Program-made: the position numbers and the translations under genes
NCBI GenBank assembly: GCA_038227875.1
Contig: JBBRPR010000001.1
Location: 64,001 to 128,000 of the forward strand
Direction: 5' to 3'
Origin: Planctomycetota bacterium
Lineage (GTDB): Bacteria > Planctomycetota > SZUA-567 > H5-PLA8
DNA length: 64,000 nucleotides
Notes under the pieces: model-generated
What the model saw: the letters and a program-made list of their open reading frames with translations, nothing else
Told to the model about the DNA's origin: nothing
The model's database searches: none
Shown: one piece after another, positions 10,301 through 20,077 of the stretch
How the letters are laid out: every line of letters starts with the position of its first letter
How positions within the stretch are numbered: the stretch's first letter is position 1

Positions 10301-11688
10301 TGTTTGGCGAGCGGCGAGCTTTCCAGCGCGCCGCCAACGTCGGGAAACTTTACCTGCTCGAAGTCTTCCAGAACCATCCGCCAATTCGCGTGGCCGATGA
10401 CGTCGAACACGGAGTCGGAATTGTCGGAGTTCACTTCAGTCCACGTCCCGGTGACGTAAAAGGGACCCGCATTGGTTTCGGTCACCGTCAGCGTCACGAC
10501 TTTCTCCGCCGCTTGGCCCGCGGCGGCCGTAACGTCGATCTCGAGTTTTGGCAGCGTCGCGCCGCGGTAGTCGGTGACTGTGCCGCTGAAGTGAATCGTC
10601 CGGTCCTTGCCCAGCGCCGCCGCGCGCAATTTGAATTCCAGCGGCTGCGGACACGCGCCAAAGACGCGCGCTGTACTCATGCGAGCGGTGATGCCCTCAG
10701 GCTGCGAGTTGGGCTTGATCTTGCTGCCGGTATAGCTGACGGGCACCACCGCGTCGCTGCCGGTGAGGCTCACGATCGTGTCGCGTTGGGTGAGGACGTC
10801 CAGGTCGTCGATGTGAATCGCTGTGCCGGGAGGTCCCTGGAAGACCAGTTCCTTGAGCGTCGTACGGTACTCTTCACCCGGCTTCGACGTCGGCGCGATA
10901 GGCAACTCGACGTAGCGCCAGTCGGCTTGCGTCAGGGTCAGCGGTTCTGCCGTGCGCGTGTCGGGGCGGCCTTTGTCCTGCATTACCGCTGAGAACTGTA
11001 CGTTGCCGAAGCAGTGGACGAACAATCCCAGTCGTGCGGCACGGCCGGGGAGAGGCGTGTTGAATGTCAGCCGCTTCGTCGCGAATTTTCCGCCCGCGTC
11101 GAGATCTTTGGGCAGATGCAAGACCAGCCCGGTGTGGCCACGCCAGCCAACGCTGTACTGTGCGGCGAAATTGTATTCGAGCTCATCCTTTTCCGGCTTG
11201 AACTTCGGCAGCTCAAAGTCGTCGATTCGCGAGCGGCTGTTCGGTAGCGCGAAGGAGTCGGCGAGCTCACCTTTCTCAGTGCCGTCTTTTTCAGCCCACG
11301 TTCCCGTGAAGAAGAACGGCCCGACGTTCTGCGCGGAAGGCTTGGCGATGTGCGTGTCGGCTTTTGTTTCGCCTTGTTTGAGTGCGATGTCGAAGGCGAC
11401 TTTGCCGTCCGGGACTTCCGCGCCGTAGAAATCCTTGAGCGTGCCTTCGATATGTATGGTGGCGAGGGGTTGGCCAGGCTTGAGCTGCTTGGCGAGCACG
11501 CTCGCCTTCACTTCGATCTGATTCGGCTCCGGTTCAGCAAGGATCGTGAAGACCGTGAGTACCACTTTCGGCGGCGGCGGCGCGTCGCCGGCGATGGCGT
11601 GCGCGCACAGTAGCGCAGCGAGTGTCGCCAGGAGAATCCGGAATTTGCGGTCGAATGCAGCCACGCGTGCCTCTCTTCGAAAAATCAA
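7342..11688 (-). CDS. Large exported protein: duplicated Ig/CBM-like modules, clan GH-A (GH39/GH5-like) barrel, C-terminal NPCBM/NEW2 domain
   Basis: Signal peptide; barrel segment WVVWDRPDQ..TPEEY..ANPKAKLISGA..YVDGIGI..LWVLNLAW; C-terminus GLGT..YKTLHGVVGIDN..GTVRFYV..DGGDG.DDDIANWAD matches NPCBM. Confidence 0.8.
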   Translation of the reverse strand: MIFRREARVAAFDRKFRILLATLAALLCAHAIAGDAPPPPKVVLTVFTILAEPEPNQIEVKASVLAKQLKPGQPLATIHIEGTLKDFYGAEVPDGKVAFDIALKQGETKADTHIAKPSAQNVGPFFFTGTWAEKDGTEKGELADSFALPNSRSRIDDFELPKFKPEKDELEYNFAAQYSVGWRGHTGLVLHLPKDLDAGGKFATKRLTFNTPLPGRAARLGLFVHCFGNVQFSAVMQDKGRPDTRTAEPLTLTQADWRYVELPIAPTSKPGEEYRTTLKELVFQGPPGTAIHIDDLDVLTQRDTIVSLTGSDAVVPVSYTGSKIKPNSQPEGITARMSTARVFGACPQPLEFKLRAAALGKDRTIHFSGTVTDYRGATLPKLEIDVTAAAGQAAEKVVTLTVTETNAGPFYVTGTWTEVNSDNSDSVFDVIGHANWRMVLEDFEQVKFPDVGGALESSPLAKHSGELGVIVRPQPLKSAPGAPLIPPGAPSQTNIPLSLTLTGRPVKLGLWIKAPVAAQVRMQLRDPGINHMGEIRYDTWTVGPVDVSAGDWRYVELPMPDYSAPEARRSPSPESNGVVDYPLTLDHVTISGPTNAEILVDDIELWSQAEKTDSPIVRTYSNKPSGLLYRNDAIAVVISNAWLWGEALQVQFNAKLENLFGKQLPLISEGTATIPPGSRHVQRASVTNLPMGPYAFTFEARANGKVIATIPPAKTAENPHPEQNFLVYEPQGKPLAAPELFAILRDRNKLVAELGFRTDNMLFTWHSTQNSPAIENFPGYFQFDWLTPGIQKRTDAGLTVIGTLGFTPQFYDPSARYISLYNEWFGSTVAMPTRSIYFEEYVHRTLEHFAGQVDTWVVWDRPDQANFATPEEYTDKMLEVAKRAATEANPKAKLISGAIPYENLNTYLAGVIEAGGQNYVDGIGIMPSPAPLSPEDGNLDAVLARAQKLRKEEQVKPELWVLNLAWNTGDTQGSVSELNQALYIPRAWVICQAQGINNILVQPDGTQTIAEKNSADLIYPIGEGFAIKPAAIATKTVSTLMKDATIVREVFLNDRCDGLARAYLFKRPDGTLLLASWRREGTSVLPFTTRPDAIYDTFGNSVDAGESPQLTLRPAPQYALFSNSDATTLIRQLERAVIVYDDAPESAWKTQFSFYLDVGDAEDEKAAQYAATESHLVGPVDSYYFSEYGRHIIDTGRHFKGQESFSVDVSKFGNADLMLRKRINYSVRNQLVKVYCNDQFVGQWCAPLADRRYRWRDIEYIIPNSFFAGKPSATLRFVNAGAPDSEATSYCYWGGPLRSRKIYASDLSLLCGTAGPAAPFISRDKNVIGSAMSFLKKPETVRKGLGTNSGAKLDESLIVLCLNKQYKTLHGVVGIDNCTNGRGTVRFYVGGLNKKTLFDSNYMTAYSEPKTFDLDVSDQISIMLWVNDGGDGRDDDIANWADLHLELK

Positions 11689-12566
11689 TGCGTCATTGCG
11701 TAAAGAATGAAATTCACGCCCATGCGGTATCCGGCTTCGCGCATGCCGCCGAACATATCCATGTTATGCATGCCGGTGCCGAGCGGATTGGACGGCGTCG
11801 GCGGGCTGGAGACTTCCCACATGCAACCGATGTCCGGCGGCGTGTAGAGAATCCGCAGGTAGCCTTGCACGATCATGCCTTCGAACGGATTGGAGCCGAG
11901 AATCTGCGGCAGGCCGCGTTCGTTCACTTTCGTCCAGGCGAATTTCAGTTTCAGAATGCTGGAGACCGCCGCCGCGCATTGTTCGATCGGCGTAAATTCG
12001 CCTTCAGGATAGACGCGCTTCATCTCGCCGTGAAAAGACGGGCCGAAAGCATTATTGCCATAGAGACAGTCATCGGCGTGGAGGAAACCGCCGTTGTCGA
12101 GGTACTTGCGCAGGCCGTCCTTCTCGCCTTCGGAGAGGCAGAAGGAATTGTGCGCGGTCATGTACACGTACGGCCAGTCGGTCAGCTCCGGGTCGTCAAA
12201 CGTGAGCGGCTTGCGCGGCTGCAGCGCCTGTGCGTCCATGCCGGTGCGTTTGTGAAATTGATCGACCATCGCCGGCACCGCGGTGGGGTCGCAGTCCCAA
12301 TCGGAATTGAATTTGATCTCGCGCATGACGAAGCGCCGGCGGTTGCGCACGAAATCCTGCGGCACTTCATCGTCCGCCTGATCCTCGGCCTGCTCTTTCA
12401 GCAGCGACTCGCGCTCTTCGGCTGACAGGCCGACGATGCCCGTGTCCGCCGACGATTCTTGCGCGTCGCCCTGGAGCTCCGCGTTCCAGTTTTCTTCGGC
12501 AGCGCAGACGCTCGCGGCGCTTAGCGCAACCATTGCGATCAGCAGCGGCACGGTCCGTAATTTCAT
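11685..12566 (-). CDS. DUF4159 domain protein
   Basis: DWDCDPTA, WPYVYMTAH, LRKYLDNGGFLHADDC, GVNFILYAMTH; usual member of MoxR/BatA operons. Confidence 0.85.
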   Translation of the reverse strand: MKLRTVPLLIAMVALSAASVCAAEENWNAELQGDAQESSADTGIVGLSAEERESLLKEQAEDQADDEVPQDFVRNRRRFVMREIKFNSDWDCDPTAVPAMVDQFHKRTGMDAQALQPRKPLTFDDPELTDWPYVYMTAHNSFCLSEGEKDGLRKYLDNGGFLHADDCLYGNNAFGPSFHGEMKRVYPEGEFTPIEQCAAAVSSILKLKFAWTKVNERGLPQILGSNPFEGMIVQGYLRILYTPPDIGCMWEVSSPPTPSNPLGTGMHNMDMFGGMREAGYRMGVNFILYAMTH

Positions 12567-12597
12567 CGCCTCGCCTCCACCTTTAAGAGAACTGCGC

Positions 12598-14457
12598 TCA
12601 CTTCACCACATTCAGATTGCTGAAGTAATCCTGGATCAACTGCTGGTCGTCGGCGCGCACGCTGTCGTCGGACTGCGGCGCGTTGAGGAGCTTCGCCGCC
12701 ACATTGGCATTGGGCTCGCTGTCAGCCGCCACGCGGGCCGGCAGTTCGCGCGCGGCGAGCGTGACTTTCTTCAGATTGTCGTACAAGCCCGGCGACCACG
12801 AATCGCGGTAGACGATGTCCTTGAACGTTTCCTCCTCGGTCACGACCGCGACGCGAAAGGCCGGCGTGCGCGCGGTGTGCGGGCCTTTCTTCGGTTCGAG
12901 ATCGTACGCGTCTTCGACTTCCGCCCAGAAGACGATGCGGTCGCCGAGATGCGCGCCGGTTTCCGAAAGGCGCAGCATGCTCAGCTGCTGAATTTCCGTC
13001 TGCGGCAGCGCGAAGGTCCGCACTTTCGTGTCCTGGGCTTTCTCCTGATTGGATTCCAGGCTTTCGATGCGGTAATGCACGGTCACCTTTGCCACGCCGC
13101 AGTCGTCTGACGCGCGAACCACCACGCCCAGGCTGGACAGTGTCTGTTCGAGCACGTGGGGTTCGTCGCTGGCGGATTTATGCGGCAGGCCGATCAGCGT
13201 TACTTTCGGCGCTTCGTCTTTGACCACGCTGAGTTCGTAGAGATGCGCGGCGTCTTCGTTGGTATAGCCGTATTCGTCGGTCAGAGTCAGCGTGTAGGTG
13301 GCATGGATGGTCTGTCCCTTCTCATCGGCGAGCCACTGCTCGTTGTCGAGCTGCATGATCGCGCGCGCGAACTGGCCGTTGCCGATCAGGTCGTCGGGTT
13401 TGTCTGTGTACGAGCGCTTCATCACAGCGGATTTCAGTTTCTTGTTCGCTTCAATCGTCAGCACCACGGAGCTTCCGAAGAGCTTGCTTTTCAAGTTGCC
13501 GTCGCTGCGCGGTTCGATCATGCGCGCGCGGTGGACGTACGCCGGCAGATCGGTTTCGACGCGCAGGTTGACGATGCGCGGCCGTTCGGTGACCAGCACC
13601 TTCCGGTGCTCGCTGGTGAAACGCCCCGAGGCGAAATAGCAGTCGAACGTTTTGCCGACGGCCTTGTTGAGCTGCTCCGCGCGCCCCGCGCCATCAACGC
13701 TCACTTTCGTCGACGCGTACTGTGTTTCGCCTTCGGCCTTGCTGAAAAAGTACATCTCGTCGCTGTGAAATCCGGTCTCGGCGGCGTGCAGGGTGATGTC
13801 GCTGCCGATCAGGTACGCGGGCTTGTCGAGCGGATCGATGGTGATCTTCGCGCCGCCGGCCGCAGCGATGACGTCGTTCATTTCGCTCCACGCCGTGGAG
13901 AAACTTCCGAGCGCGCCGCGAATGCCCGCCGCGTCAAACGCGAGTGCCGCGGCCCAGAACGCCAGCGTCCCGGCCGCGAGGAACATCTGGCGCCGCGAGG
14001 GTCGGCGATCGACGGCGGCGCAGAAATCGTCATTCAGCGTGGAGCGTTGCGCCTGAATCACGACGGCCCGAACGAGAATCGGATCGAAGCGCGGCTTGTC
14101 GCGCTGCAGATCGGCGTAGATGTCCAACGCGCTGACGACCTTCGACTGGTAATCCGGGTGCTTCTTTTCCACGAGCAGCGCCGCGCGGGAGAGACTGTAG
14201 CGCTCGAAGAGCGGCCGCACGACCTGGCGCCACGCCAGCCAAAGGAATCCAATCACCAGCGCCGGAAGGATCGGTGCGCGCATGTAATACGGCAGCCCGA
14301 TGGAGCTCTGCACGATCAGCACCGCCAGCAGCGGCAGCGCGAGGCACCAGATCAGGCGGCAAGAGCCTTCCAGCACGGCGCACGAACGCTGCAGCGCGGC
14401 GACGCGGGCTACGCGCGCGCAGAGGGTTTCGTAGGCGGATCGTGCTTCGTCGGACAT
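12598..14457 (-). CDS. Membrane-anchored Ig-like protein (DUF4175-like) of MoxR operon
   Basis: Three N-terminal TM segments, then P-Y, DEAPKV, ASDDCGV, WAEVED motifs typical of these operon members. Confidence 0.65.
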   Translation of the reverse strand: MSDEARSAYETLCARVARVAALQRSCAVLEGSCRLIWCLALPLLAVLIVQSSIGLPYYMRAPILPALVIGFLWLAWRQVVRPLFERYSLSRAALLVEKKHPDYQSKVVSALDIYADLQRDKPRFDPILVRAVVIQAQRSTLNDDFCAAVDRRPSRRQMFLAAGTLAFWAAALAFDAAGIRGALGSFSTAWSEMNDVIAAAGGAKITIDPLDKPAYLIGSDITLHAAETGFHSDEMYFFSKAEGETQYASTKVSVDGAGRAEQLNKAVGKTFDCYFASGRFTSEHRKVLVTERPRIVNLRVETDLPAYVHRARMIEPRSDGNLKSKLFGSSVVLTIEANKKLKSAVMKRSYTDKPDDLIGNGQFARAIMQLDNEQWLADEKGQTIHATYTLTLTDEYGYTNEDAAHLYELSVVKDEAPKVTLIGLPHKSASDEPHVLEQTLSSLGVVVRASDDCGVAKVTVHYRIESLESNQEKAQDTKVRTFALPQTEIQQLSMLRLSETGAHLGDRIVFWAEVEDAYDLEPKKGPHTARTPAFRVAVVTEEETFKDIVYRDSWSPGLYDNLKKVTLAARELPARVAADSEPNANVAAKLLNAPQSDDSVRADDQQLIQDYFSNLNVVK

Positions 14458-16776
14458 TTAAGCCAGCCCCCGCCGCTTGCGCATGAGCCACTCGGAGCTC
14501 AGCAAGACCACCAGTAGAATCGCCAGCCCCGGCGCATGCCAGAGATCCACCGTCAGCTGCGTGACGCGCGCGGACGAGGGACTATCCGGCAGCTTGAAAG
14601 CTGCTGCCTGTGCGAGCGTGCCGCTGTTGCCGCCGGTTGCTTTCGCCAGCTCCGCCAGTGCTTGCGTATCGGTCTTGATGTGGAGAAATTCCGAACGCGA
14701 CGGCGCGACGTAGACGGTCGCTTCCAGCACCTTCGGATCTTCGCCTTGCATCGAGATGATCGCTTTGATGTGGTGCGGGCCGGCCTTCACCGGCACAAAC
14801 GTAAACGGATAGCGGCCGGGGAGCGCGATGTCGGAATTCGTCTGCCCGTTGATCGTCTCGCCGCCGGGCTGATCGATGATGAAGCGCGTGCTGGCCGTCG
14901 TATCGGGATTGCCATCCTTGTCCTTGATCGTGACCGAGAACGTCGCCGGTTTGGAAACTTCCAGCACGGGATCTTCGCAGACCAGCGAGCCGATGCGTTT
15001 GTTGGTGCGCGGATCACCCGCGGACCAGCGCGCGAGCTGGCCCCAGTAGCGCTGGTGGTAATCGTTCTCGGTGGTGCGGGCCAGGCGCCAGTGCCACGTG
15101 CCGTCCAGGGCGCTGGAGAAAACGCGGCCGTGGCCGTACTGCCATGCCGCGGCGATCGGCCGCGGACCGGTGGCGGTTTTCAACGTGGGATGAACCAGCA
15201 GGACCGTCGCGCCGGGCTTGACCACGCGGAACGCGTTGCCGCCTTCCACCCACGGCAGCTTGGCCCACGCTTCGACGTTCTTTGCGGGGTCCTGTTCCAG
15301 TTGCATTGCCGGATGCATGATGCCTTGCGTTGTAGCCTGAACATTGAAACGATTGACGAGCTGAAGCTTCTTGTCGCGCGTGACATTGAGCGGGACCATG
15401 CGCGCCAGCGGGGTGTCTTCGTAATTTCCCGCCGCGTACACCTTGAATCCGCCAATGGTCACCAGCCCGCCGCCGTGGCGCGTGACGAACGATTCGAGGA
15501 TATCGAAGCGGTTGGACTGTTCGAAGATCTTGCGCTCGACGTCGCCGAGAATCAGCACGTCGAAGTAATCCAGCTCGTCGGCGACGCTCGGGAAACCGTC
15601 CTTGGGACGCGCGAGGACCGGCTTGCCGTCCGGGCGAGTGGGCTTGCCTTGGAAAAACCACTCGTCGCCGGGCAGGCGCACCAGCCCGCTGAAGTCGATC
15701 ACCGGATCGGATTCCAGCGCCTGCTTGGCGAATTTGTATTCCCAGCTCGGTTCGCCTTCGACGAAGAGCACCTTGACCTTGTCGCTGCGGACGTCGAGGT
15801 TGAAATCGATGGTATTGTTGGCTGACGTGATCTCACCGTCGACGGGAAGCACGCGCAGGCTGTAGTGCTGAAAACCCGCCTCCGTCGTTGCGAATTCAAT
15901 GTGAGCGACGGCTCCCTCGTCACCGGGCTTGACGGCCACGGTCGCGCTGCCGGCTTCCTTTTCTCCGGCGTCGTTGATCGCGAAGAGCTTCACCGAGACG
16001 TCGTGGGCAATGCCCAGCGACTGCAACTGTGCCGAAACCACCGCGTGGTCGTGAAGGTAAACATACGGCGGAACGCCGGCGCTGTGGAGCACGACATCGC
16101 GGACGTCGGTCTCATCGCCGGCGCTGAGCGTGCTGACGGGCACGGGAAGTTCGTTCGACGCTGCAGCGAGTTCGCGCCCGCCCAGCTCCACGCCGTCGGA
16201 AATCAGCAGCACCTGGTCGAGCGGCTGCTCGCTGCGCTGCGTGGTCCGGCGGACCAGCATCTTGGCCAGATCCTGCGGCGCGGCGGCGGATTCGGTGGCG
16301 GGGGTCAGCGGCTGGCCGGACGTGGTCGCGACGGTCACGGCGTAATTCTGACGGAGCTGTTCGAGCAGTCCGCGCGCATAGAGCGTGCTTTCTGTGCGCG
16401 CCAGGCGCGTCTCTGTTCCGGCGACCGGCAGCGACATGCTCGGCGAGTCGTCGACCAGTACGAGCAACTGCGGCAGCTGGGTATGCGTGACCTGGATCGC
16501 GCAAACTGCTCCGCTGGTCATCACCAGCAGCAGCAGCAGCGCGAGAAAGCGCGTCGCCGAAAGTGTGACCCGTGCGCGCCAGGTCAGGCCTTCTTGCGTG
16601 CGGAAATAACAGACTGAGGCGAGGCCCAGTGCGACGAGCGAGCCGCAGAACAGCAGCTCGTGGCCGTAAGGCGCGAACGACCACTGCGCGGCATGAACAC
16701 GCGCGGCCACGAGGTCGAAGCGACCTTCCGCGAGGAGCGCGAATCGCGCGAGGAGGTTCAGCAGCGTCTGCATCAC
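14458..16776 (-). CDS. Membrane vWA + glutamine-amidotransferase-like domain protein
   Basis: MIDAS VDDSPSM and LISDG; KVLFVEGEPSWEYKF; YGHGRV..GTWHWR; C-terminal EWLMRKRRGL anchor. Confidence 0.8.
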   Translation of the reverse strand: MMQTLLNLLARFALLAEGRFDLVAARVHAAQWSFAPYGHELLFCGSLVALGLASVCYFRTQEGLTWRARVTLSATRFLALLLLLVMTSGAVCAIQVTHTQLPQLLVLVDDSPSMSLPVAGTETRLARTESTLYARGLLEQLRQNYAVTVATTSGQPLTPATESAAAPQDLAKMLVRRTTQRSEQPLDQVLLISDGVELGGRELAAASNELPVPVSTLSAGDETDVRDVVLHSAGVPPYVYLHDHAVVSAQLQSLGIAHDVSVKLFAINDAGEKEAGSATVAVKPGDEGAVAHIEFATTEAGFQHYSLRVLPVDGEITSANNTIDFNLDVRSDKVKVLFVEGEPSWEYKFAKQALESDPVIDFSGLVRLPGDEWFFQGKPTRPDGKPVLARPKDGFPSVADELDYFDVLILGDVERKIFEQSNRFDILESFVTRHGGGLVTIGGFKVYAAGNYEDTPLARMVPLNVTRDKKLQLVNRFNVQATTQGIMHPAMQLEQDPAKNVEAWAKLPWVEGGNAFRVVKPGATVLLVHPTLKTATGPRPIAAAWQYGHGRVFSSALDGTWHWRLARTTENDYHQRYWGQLARWSAGDPRTNKRIGSLVCEDPVLEVSKPATFSVTIKDKDGNPDTTASTRFIIDQPGGETINGQTNSDIALPGRYPFTFVPVKAGPHHIKAIISMQGEDPKVLEATVYVAPSRSEFLHIKTDTQALAELAKATGGNSGTLAQAAAFKLPDSPSSARVTQLTVDLWHAPGLAILLVVLLSSEWLMRKRRGLA

Positions 16777-19124
16777 GCGGCGGCCTCCGTGGCGCTCATC
16801 CAGGCCACCAGACTTTCCGCGCCGAGGACCAGGAGCGCCGCCAATAGCGTCCAGCGCCAGAGATCGCGCCCGGTGTGGAGCGCTTCAACGATCGCGGCGC
16901 TGTTGTCGGTCAACCGGTAAGAGGTGAGTTGCGTGCTGGGCGGCAGGTAGTTCTTCAGGTCGTCGACGGGAATCGCTTCGAGATCGCTTTCGCGCGGGCT
17001 GTGATTGACGGAGATGGGGATCATGTCCGTGTCGAGCGCCGGTTCGGTGAGCATGCCTTCGATGGCGCCGGGTTGCATGCTCAAGAAATAATGCCCGTCG
17101 CGCGAGGTGGAGGGCAGCACGACTGCGCGGCTGTTCTGGAGCCACGGCAGCGGTTCGTATTGCGGCTTGGTTCCCGGCGCGGAGGCCAGGCGGAAGAGCG
17201 CGGGCGTGCCGCTGGCGAGTTCGGTGGGAATGATCGTCGCGGCGCCTTCACCGACAACGCGATCGGGCAGCAGCGTGGACGGGCGGCCATCGGCGCCGAG
17301 GTAGCGGACAAGGTTGCGCGTCATCAGCACGAACGCGGGACGCAGCGGCCAGTCGCTTTCAGTGATGTGCGCGCCAGTGGCGGCGAGAATCACACGGCCT
17401 TTGCCGACGGCACCTTCGACCAGCGCGGGCGTGCCATCGGAAAAACGTGCGAGAACTTTGGCGTCGGCGTTGGGCTGCAGCACAAAATGGAGACTGGTGC
17501 TGAGGCTGTGGATGCCCGCGCCGGCGTGTTCGCGCACGCCGCTGAGCGCCGTGGCGCGTTCGTCGATGGATTTGAGGAAGACGAAATCCTTGGTCTTCTT
17601 TTCGAGCAGCTGCGCCGGGAGAAATCCCCACGCGTTGTATTCTTCGGCCGTGGAGTTGGCGCCGGGAAACACCAGCACGCCTTTGCCGTCGGCGGCGAAC
17701 TGGCGGATCTTCTCACGCAGGTCCTTGTCGATGGTCTGGACACCGGCGAGGACGACGACGTTCCATTCGGTCAGGCGGCGCTTGGTGAATTCGGTCAGGT
17801 CCACTTCTTTGGCGTCAGCGGCGGCCGGATTGCTGCTCGAGCGCGAACCCAGCGCGTTGACCAGGTAGAACGCTTCGGAATCGGCGCCGGTGTGGCCGGC
17901 TTCGCCATTGACGCAGAGCGTCTGCACGGGGAAGCGCACGCCGATCTGGAAATGCCACGTGTCGTCGTACGGGTAGGTGTCGGACGGCGACGAGAGTTCT
18001 GCGGTGCAGAGCAGGCTGCGTTCGCGGCTTAACACCTGGATCGGGAACGCCAGCGAAAGGGAGCTCTTCGCCGGAATCACGGGTACCTTGATTTCGCTGG
18101 GCTTGTTGCCTTCACCGGAGTGGACGGTGAGCTTGCCTTCATCGGAGGCCTGCGCGCTGTAATTGCGGATCGTGGCGACGCCGGTGATGGTCTGACCGAA
18201 ATCCGCTTCGCGGACGGGGACCGTGCAGCTCTCAAGGCCCAGGTTTGCTCCGGAGGACGCTTGCGGCTCGATCGGCACGGCAACCAGCGAGACACCGGCC
18301 AGCTCATCGAGTTTGTCGCCTTCCCATTCGGATTTTTGAAGGTCGGAGATGAGGATGATTTTCTTGTCGCCGTCCTGCGAGAGGCGGAGCAGCTTCGCCG
18401 CGTGTGCGAGGGCCCGCTTGACGTCGCCGGGTTGGGCAGCGACGTCGGCTTGCGCCAGCAGAGACCGCAAGCGCGTCTGGTCGTAACCGAAATCCTGAAC
18501 GCGGCTGGAATCGTATCCGCGCACGCCGACTTTTGTTCCCGCGGGAATTTTGTTCAGCGCCGTCTCCAATTGCGCGGCGTCGCGGGTGAGTCCCGGCACG
18601 CTTTGCTTCGCGGACGCTTTCTCCGACAGCCAGAGTCCCGTGGGTTCACCGGCGCGGGCGTTCAGTTCGTTGCGGAGCTGCGCGGCGTCGGTGAAGTACG
18701 TCGGGTCGTCGGTGGGCGCGGTGAAGAGCAGTTCGACGCGGTCGGCGGGGCCGAGGTGGTCGACGGCAGTCTGCGCGATCGACTTGGCGCGTTCGAAGAG
18801 CGTCTTGCCGTCGCGCAGGCGCTGCATTGATGGGGAGTTGTCGAGGACGATCACGATCGAGGCGCGTTCTTCGCCCAGTGTGCCGTGGCTGACGAACGGT
18901 CGCGCGAGGCCGAGCATCAAGGCCAGCAATGCGAGCATGCGCAGGCAGAGCAGCACCTTGTCGATCAAGCGGCGCTGAATTGTGTTGTTCTTCACCGTCT
19001 TGTCGAAGAATTGCAGCGTGGTGAAGGCGCGTTCCGGATAGCGCTGACGGTGGATCAGATGGATCACGACGGGAATCGAGACCGCTGCCAATCCGTAGAG
19101 AAACGCCGCGCTGAGAAAGCTCAT
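16773..19124 (-). CDS. BatA-domain/vWA membrane protein
   Basis: N-terminal BatA motif IPVVIHL..LRMLAL..LARP; MIDAS LDNSPSM; ISDLQ; C-terminal DLWRW TM. Confidence 0.85.
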   Translation of the reverse strand: MSFLSAAFLYGLAAVSIPVVIHLIHRQRYPERAFTTLQFFDKTVKNNTIQRRLIDKVLLCLRMLALLALMLGLARPFVSHGTLGEERASIVIVLDNSPSMQRLRDGKTLFERAKSIAQTAVDHLGPADRVELLFTAPTDDPTYFTDAAQLRNELNARAGEPTGLWLSEKASAKQSVPGLTRDAAQLETALNKIPAGTKVGVRGYDSSRVQDFGYDQTRLRSLLAQADVAAQPGDVKRALAHAAKLLRLSQDGDKKIILISDLQKSEWEGDKLDELAGVSLVAVPIEPQASSGANLGLESCTVPVREADFGQTITGVATIRNYSAQASDEGKLTVHSGEGNKPSEIKVPVIPAKSSLSLAFPIQVLSRERSLLCTAELSSPSDTYPYDDTWHFQIGVRFPVQTLCVNGEAGHTGADSEAFYLVNALGSRSSSNPAAADAKEVDLTEFTKRRLTEWNVVVLAGVQTIDKDLREKIRQFAADGKGVLVFPGANSTAEEYNAWGFLPAQLLEKKTKDFVFLKSIDERATALSGVREHAGAGIHSLSTSLHFVLQPNADAKVLARFSDGTPALVEGAVGKGRVILAATGAHITESDWPLRPAFVLMTRNLVRYLGADGRPSTLLPDRVVGEGAATIIPTELASGTPALFRLASAPGTKPQYEPLPWLQNSRAVVLPSTSRDGHYFLSMQPGAIEGMLTEPALDTDMIPISVNHSPRESDLEAIPVDDLKNYLPPSTQLTSYRLTDNSAAIVEALHTGRDLWRWTLLAALLVLGAESLVAWMSATEAAA

Positions 19125-19126
19125 CG

Positions 19127-20026
19127 TTAGCGGGTCCTCCGCGCGCGGAAGGCGAAGTAATTGGAGAGGACCGTTTCAATGGGCTGCGACGTGCGGATGA
19201 GATGGTAGTCGACGTTCGATTTCAAACAGCCTTCGCGCAAGCTGGTGCAGTAGGCGCGGACGCGGTCCTGATAAGTCGCGCGGAACGTGGCGGGATCGAC
19301 GGCCAGCCGCGAGGAGGTCTCCAGTTCGCGGAAGTTGGCGAGTTCGGCGTAAGGGAGATTGAGTTCGGCGTCGTCGAGCAGGTGAAAGACGATGACGTCG
19401 TGTTTCTTGTGCTGGAAATGCTGGAGCGCGGTCAGGATTTTGTCGGTGTCGTCGAGGAGGTCGGAAATCAGGATGATCATCCCACGGGTCTTGATCGTCT
19501 CGGCGAGATGATGGCAGACGGCGGGAATGTTCGTCGCTGGTCCGGGCTGCAACTGGCCGAGGATGTGGAGCATCATGCGCAGGTGCTGGCGGCTGCCGCG
19601 CGGCGGAAGATAGTGGCGGACTTTCGAATCGAACGTAACCAGCCCGGCCATGTCGTTCTGGTGGATCAGCGTGTAGGCGAGCGTCGCGGCGAGGTACGAG
19701 CCGTATTCGATCTTCTTCAGTTTGCCTTCGCCGAAGTCCATCGACTTGGAACCGTCGAGGACGATCGTGGCTTTGAGCTGGCTCTCCATTTCGAAGCGCT
19801 TGACGTAGTACTTGTCCTTGCGCGCCCAGACGCGCCAGTCGACGGTGCGCAGGTCGTCGCCGGCGGCGTATTCGCGGTGGTCGACGAATTCGACGCTGTA
19901 GCCGAAGTCGGGGCTCTTGTGGTAGCCGACGAAAGTACCCTTCACGAGTTTCTTGGCGGCGATCTCCAGGTTGGGGAGCTTCGCCAGCAGCGCGGGATCG
20001 AGGAAGCGTGAACCGACGATGTTCAT
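19127..20026 (-). CDS. DUF58 vWA-like protein
   Basis: G.H.S..G.SVEF.DHREY..GDDLR.VDW, LDGSKSM, ISDL. Confidence 0.93.
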   Translation of the reverse strand: MNIVGSRFLDPALLAKLPNLEIAAKKLVKGTFVGYHKSPDFGYSVEFVDHREYAAGDDLRTVDWRVWARKDKYYVKRFEMESQLKATIVLDGSKSMDFGEGKLKKIEYGSYLAATLAYTLIHQNDMAGLVTFDSKVRHYLPPRGSRQHLRMMLHILGQLQPGPATNIPAVCHHLAETIKTRGMIILISDLLDDTDKILTALQHFQHKKHDVIVFHLLDDAELNLPYAELANFRELETSSRLAVDPATFRATYQDRVRAYCTSLREGCLKSNVDYHLIRTSQPIETVLSNYFAFRARRTR

Positions 20027-20077
20027 GGGCAGACCTGTGAGAAACGGACGCGTGAATACACGGTCGACGATGAACGG

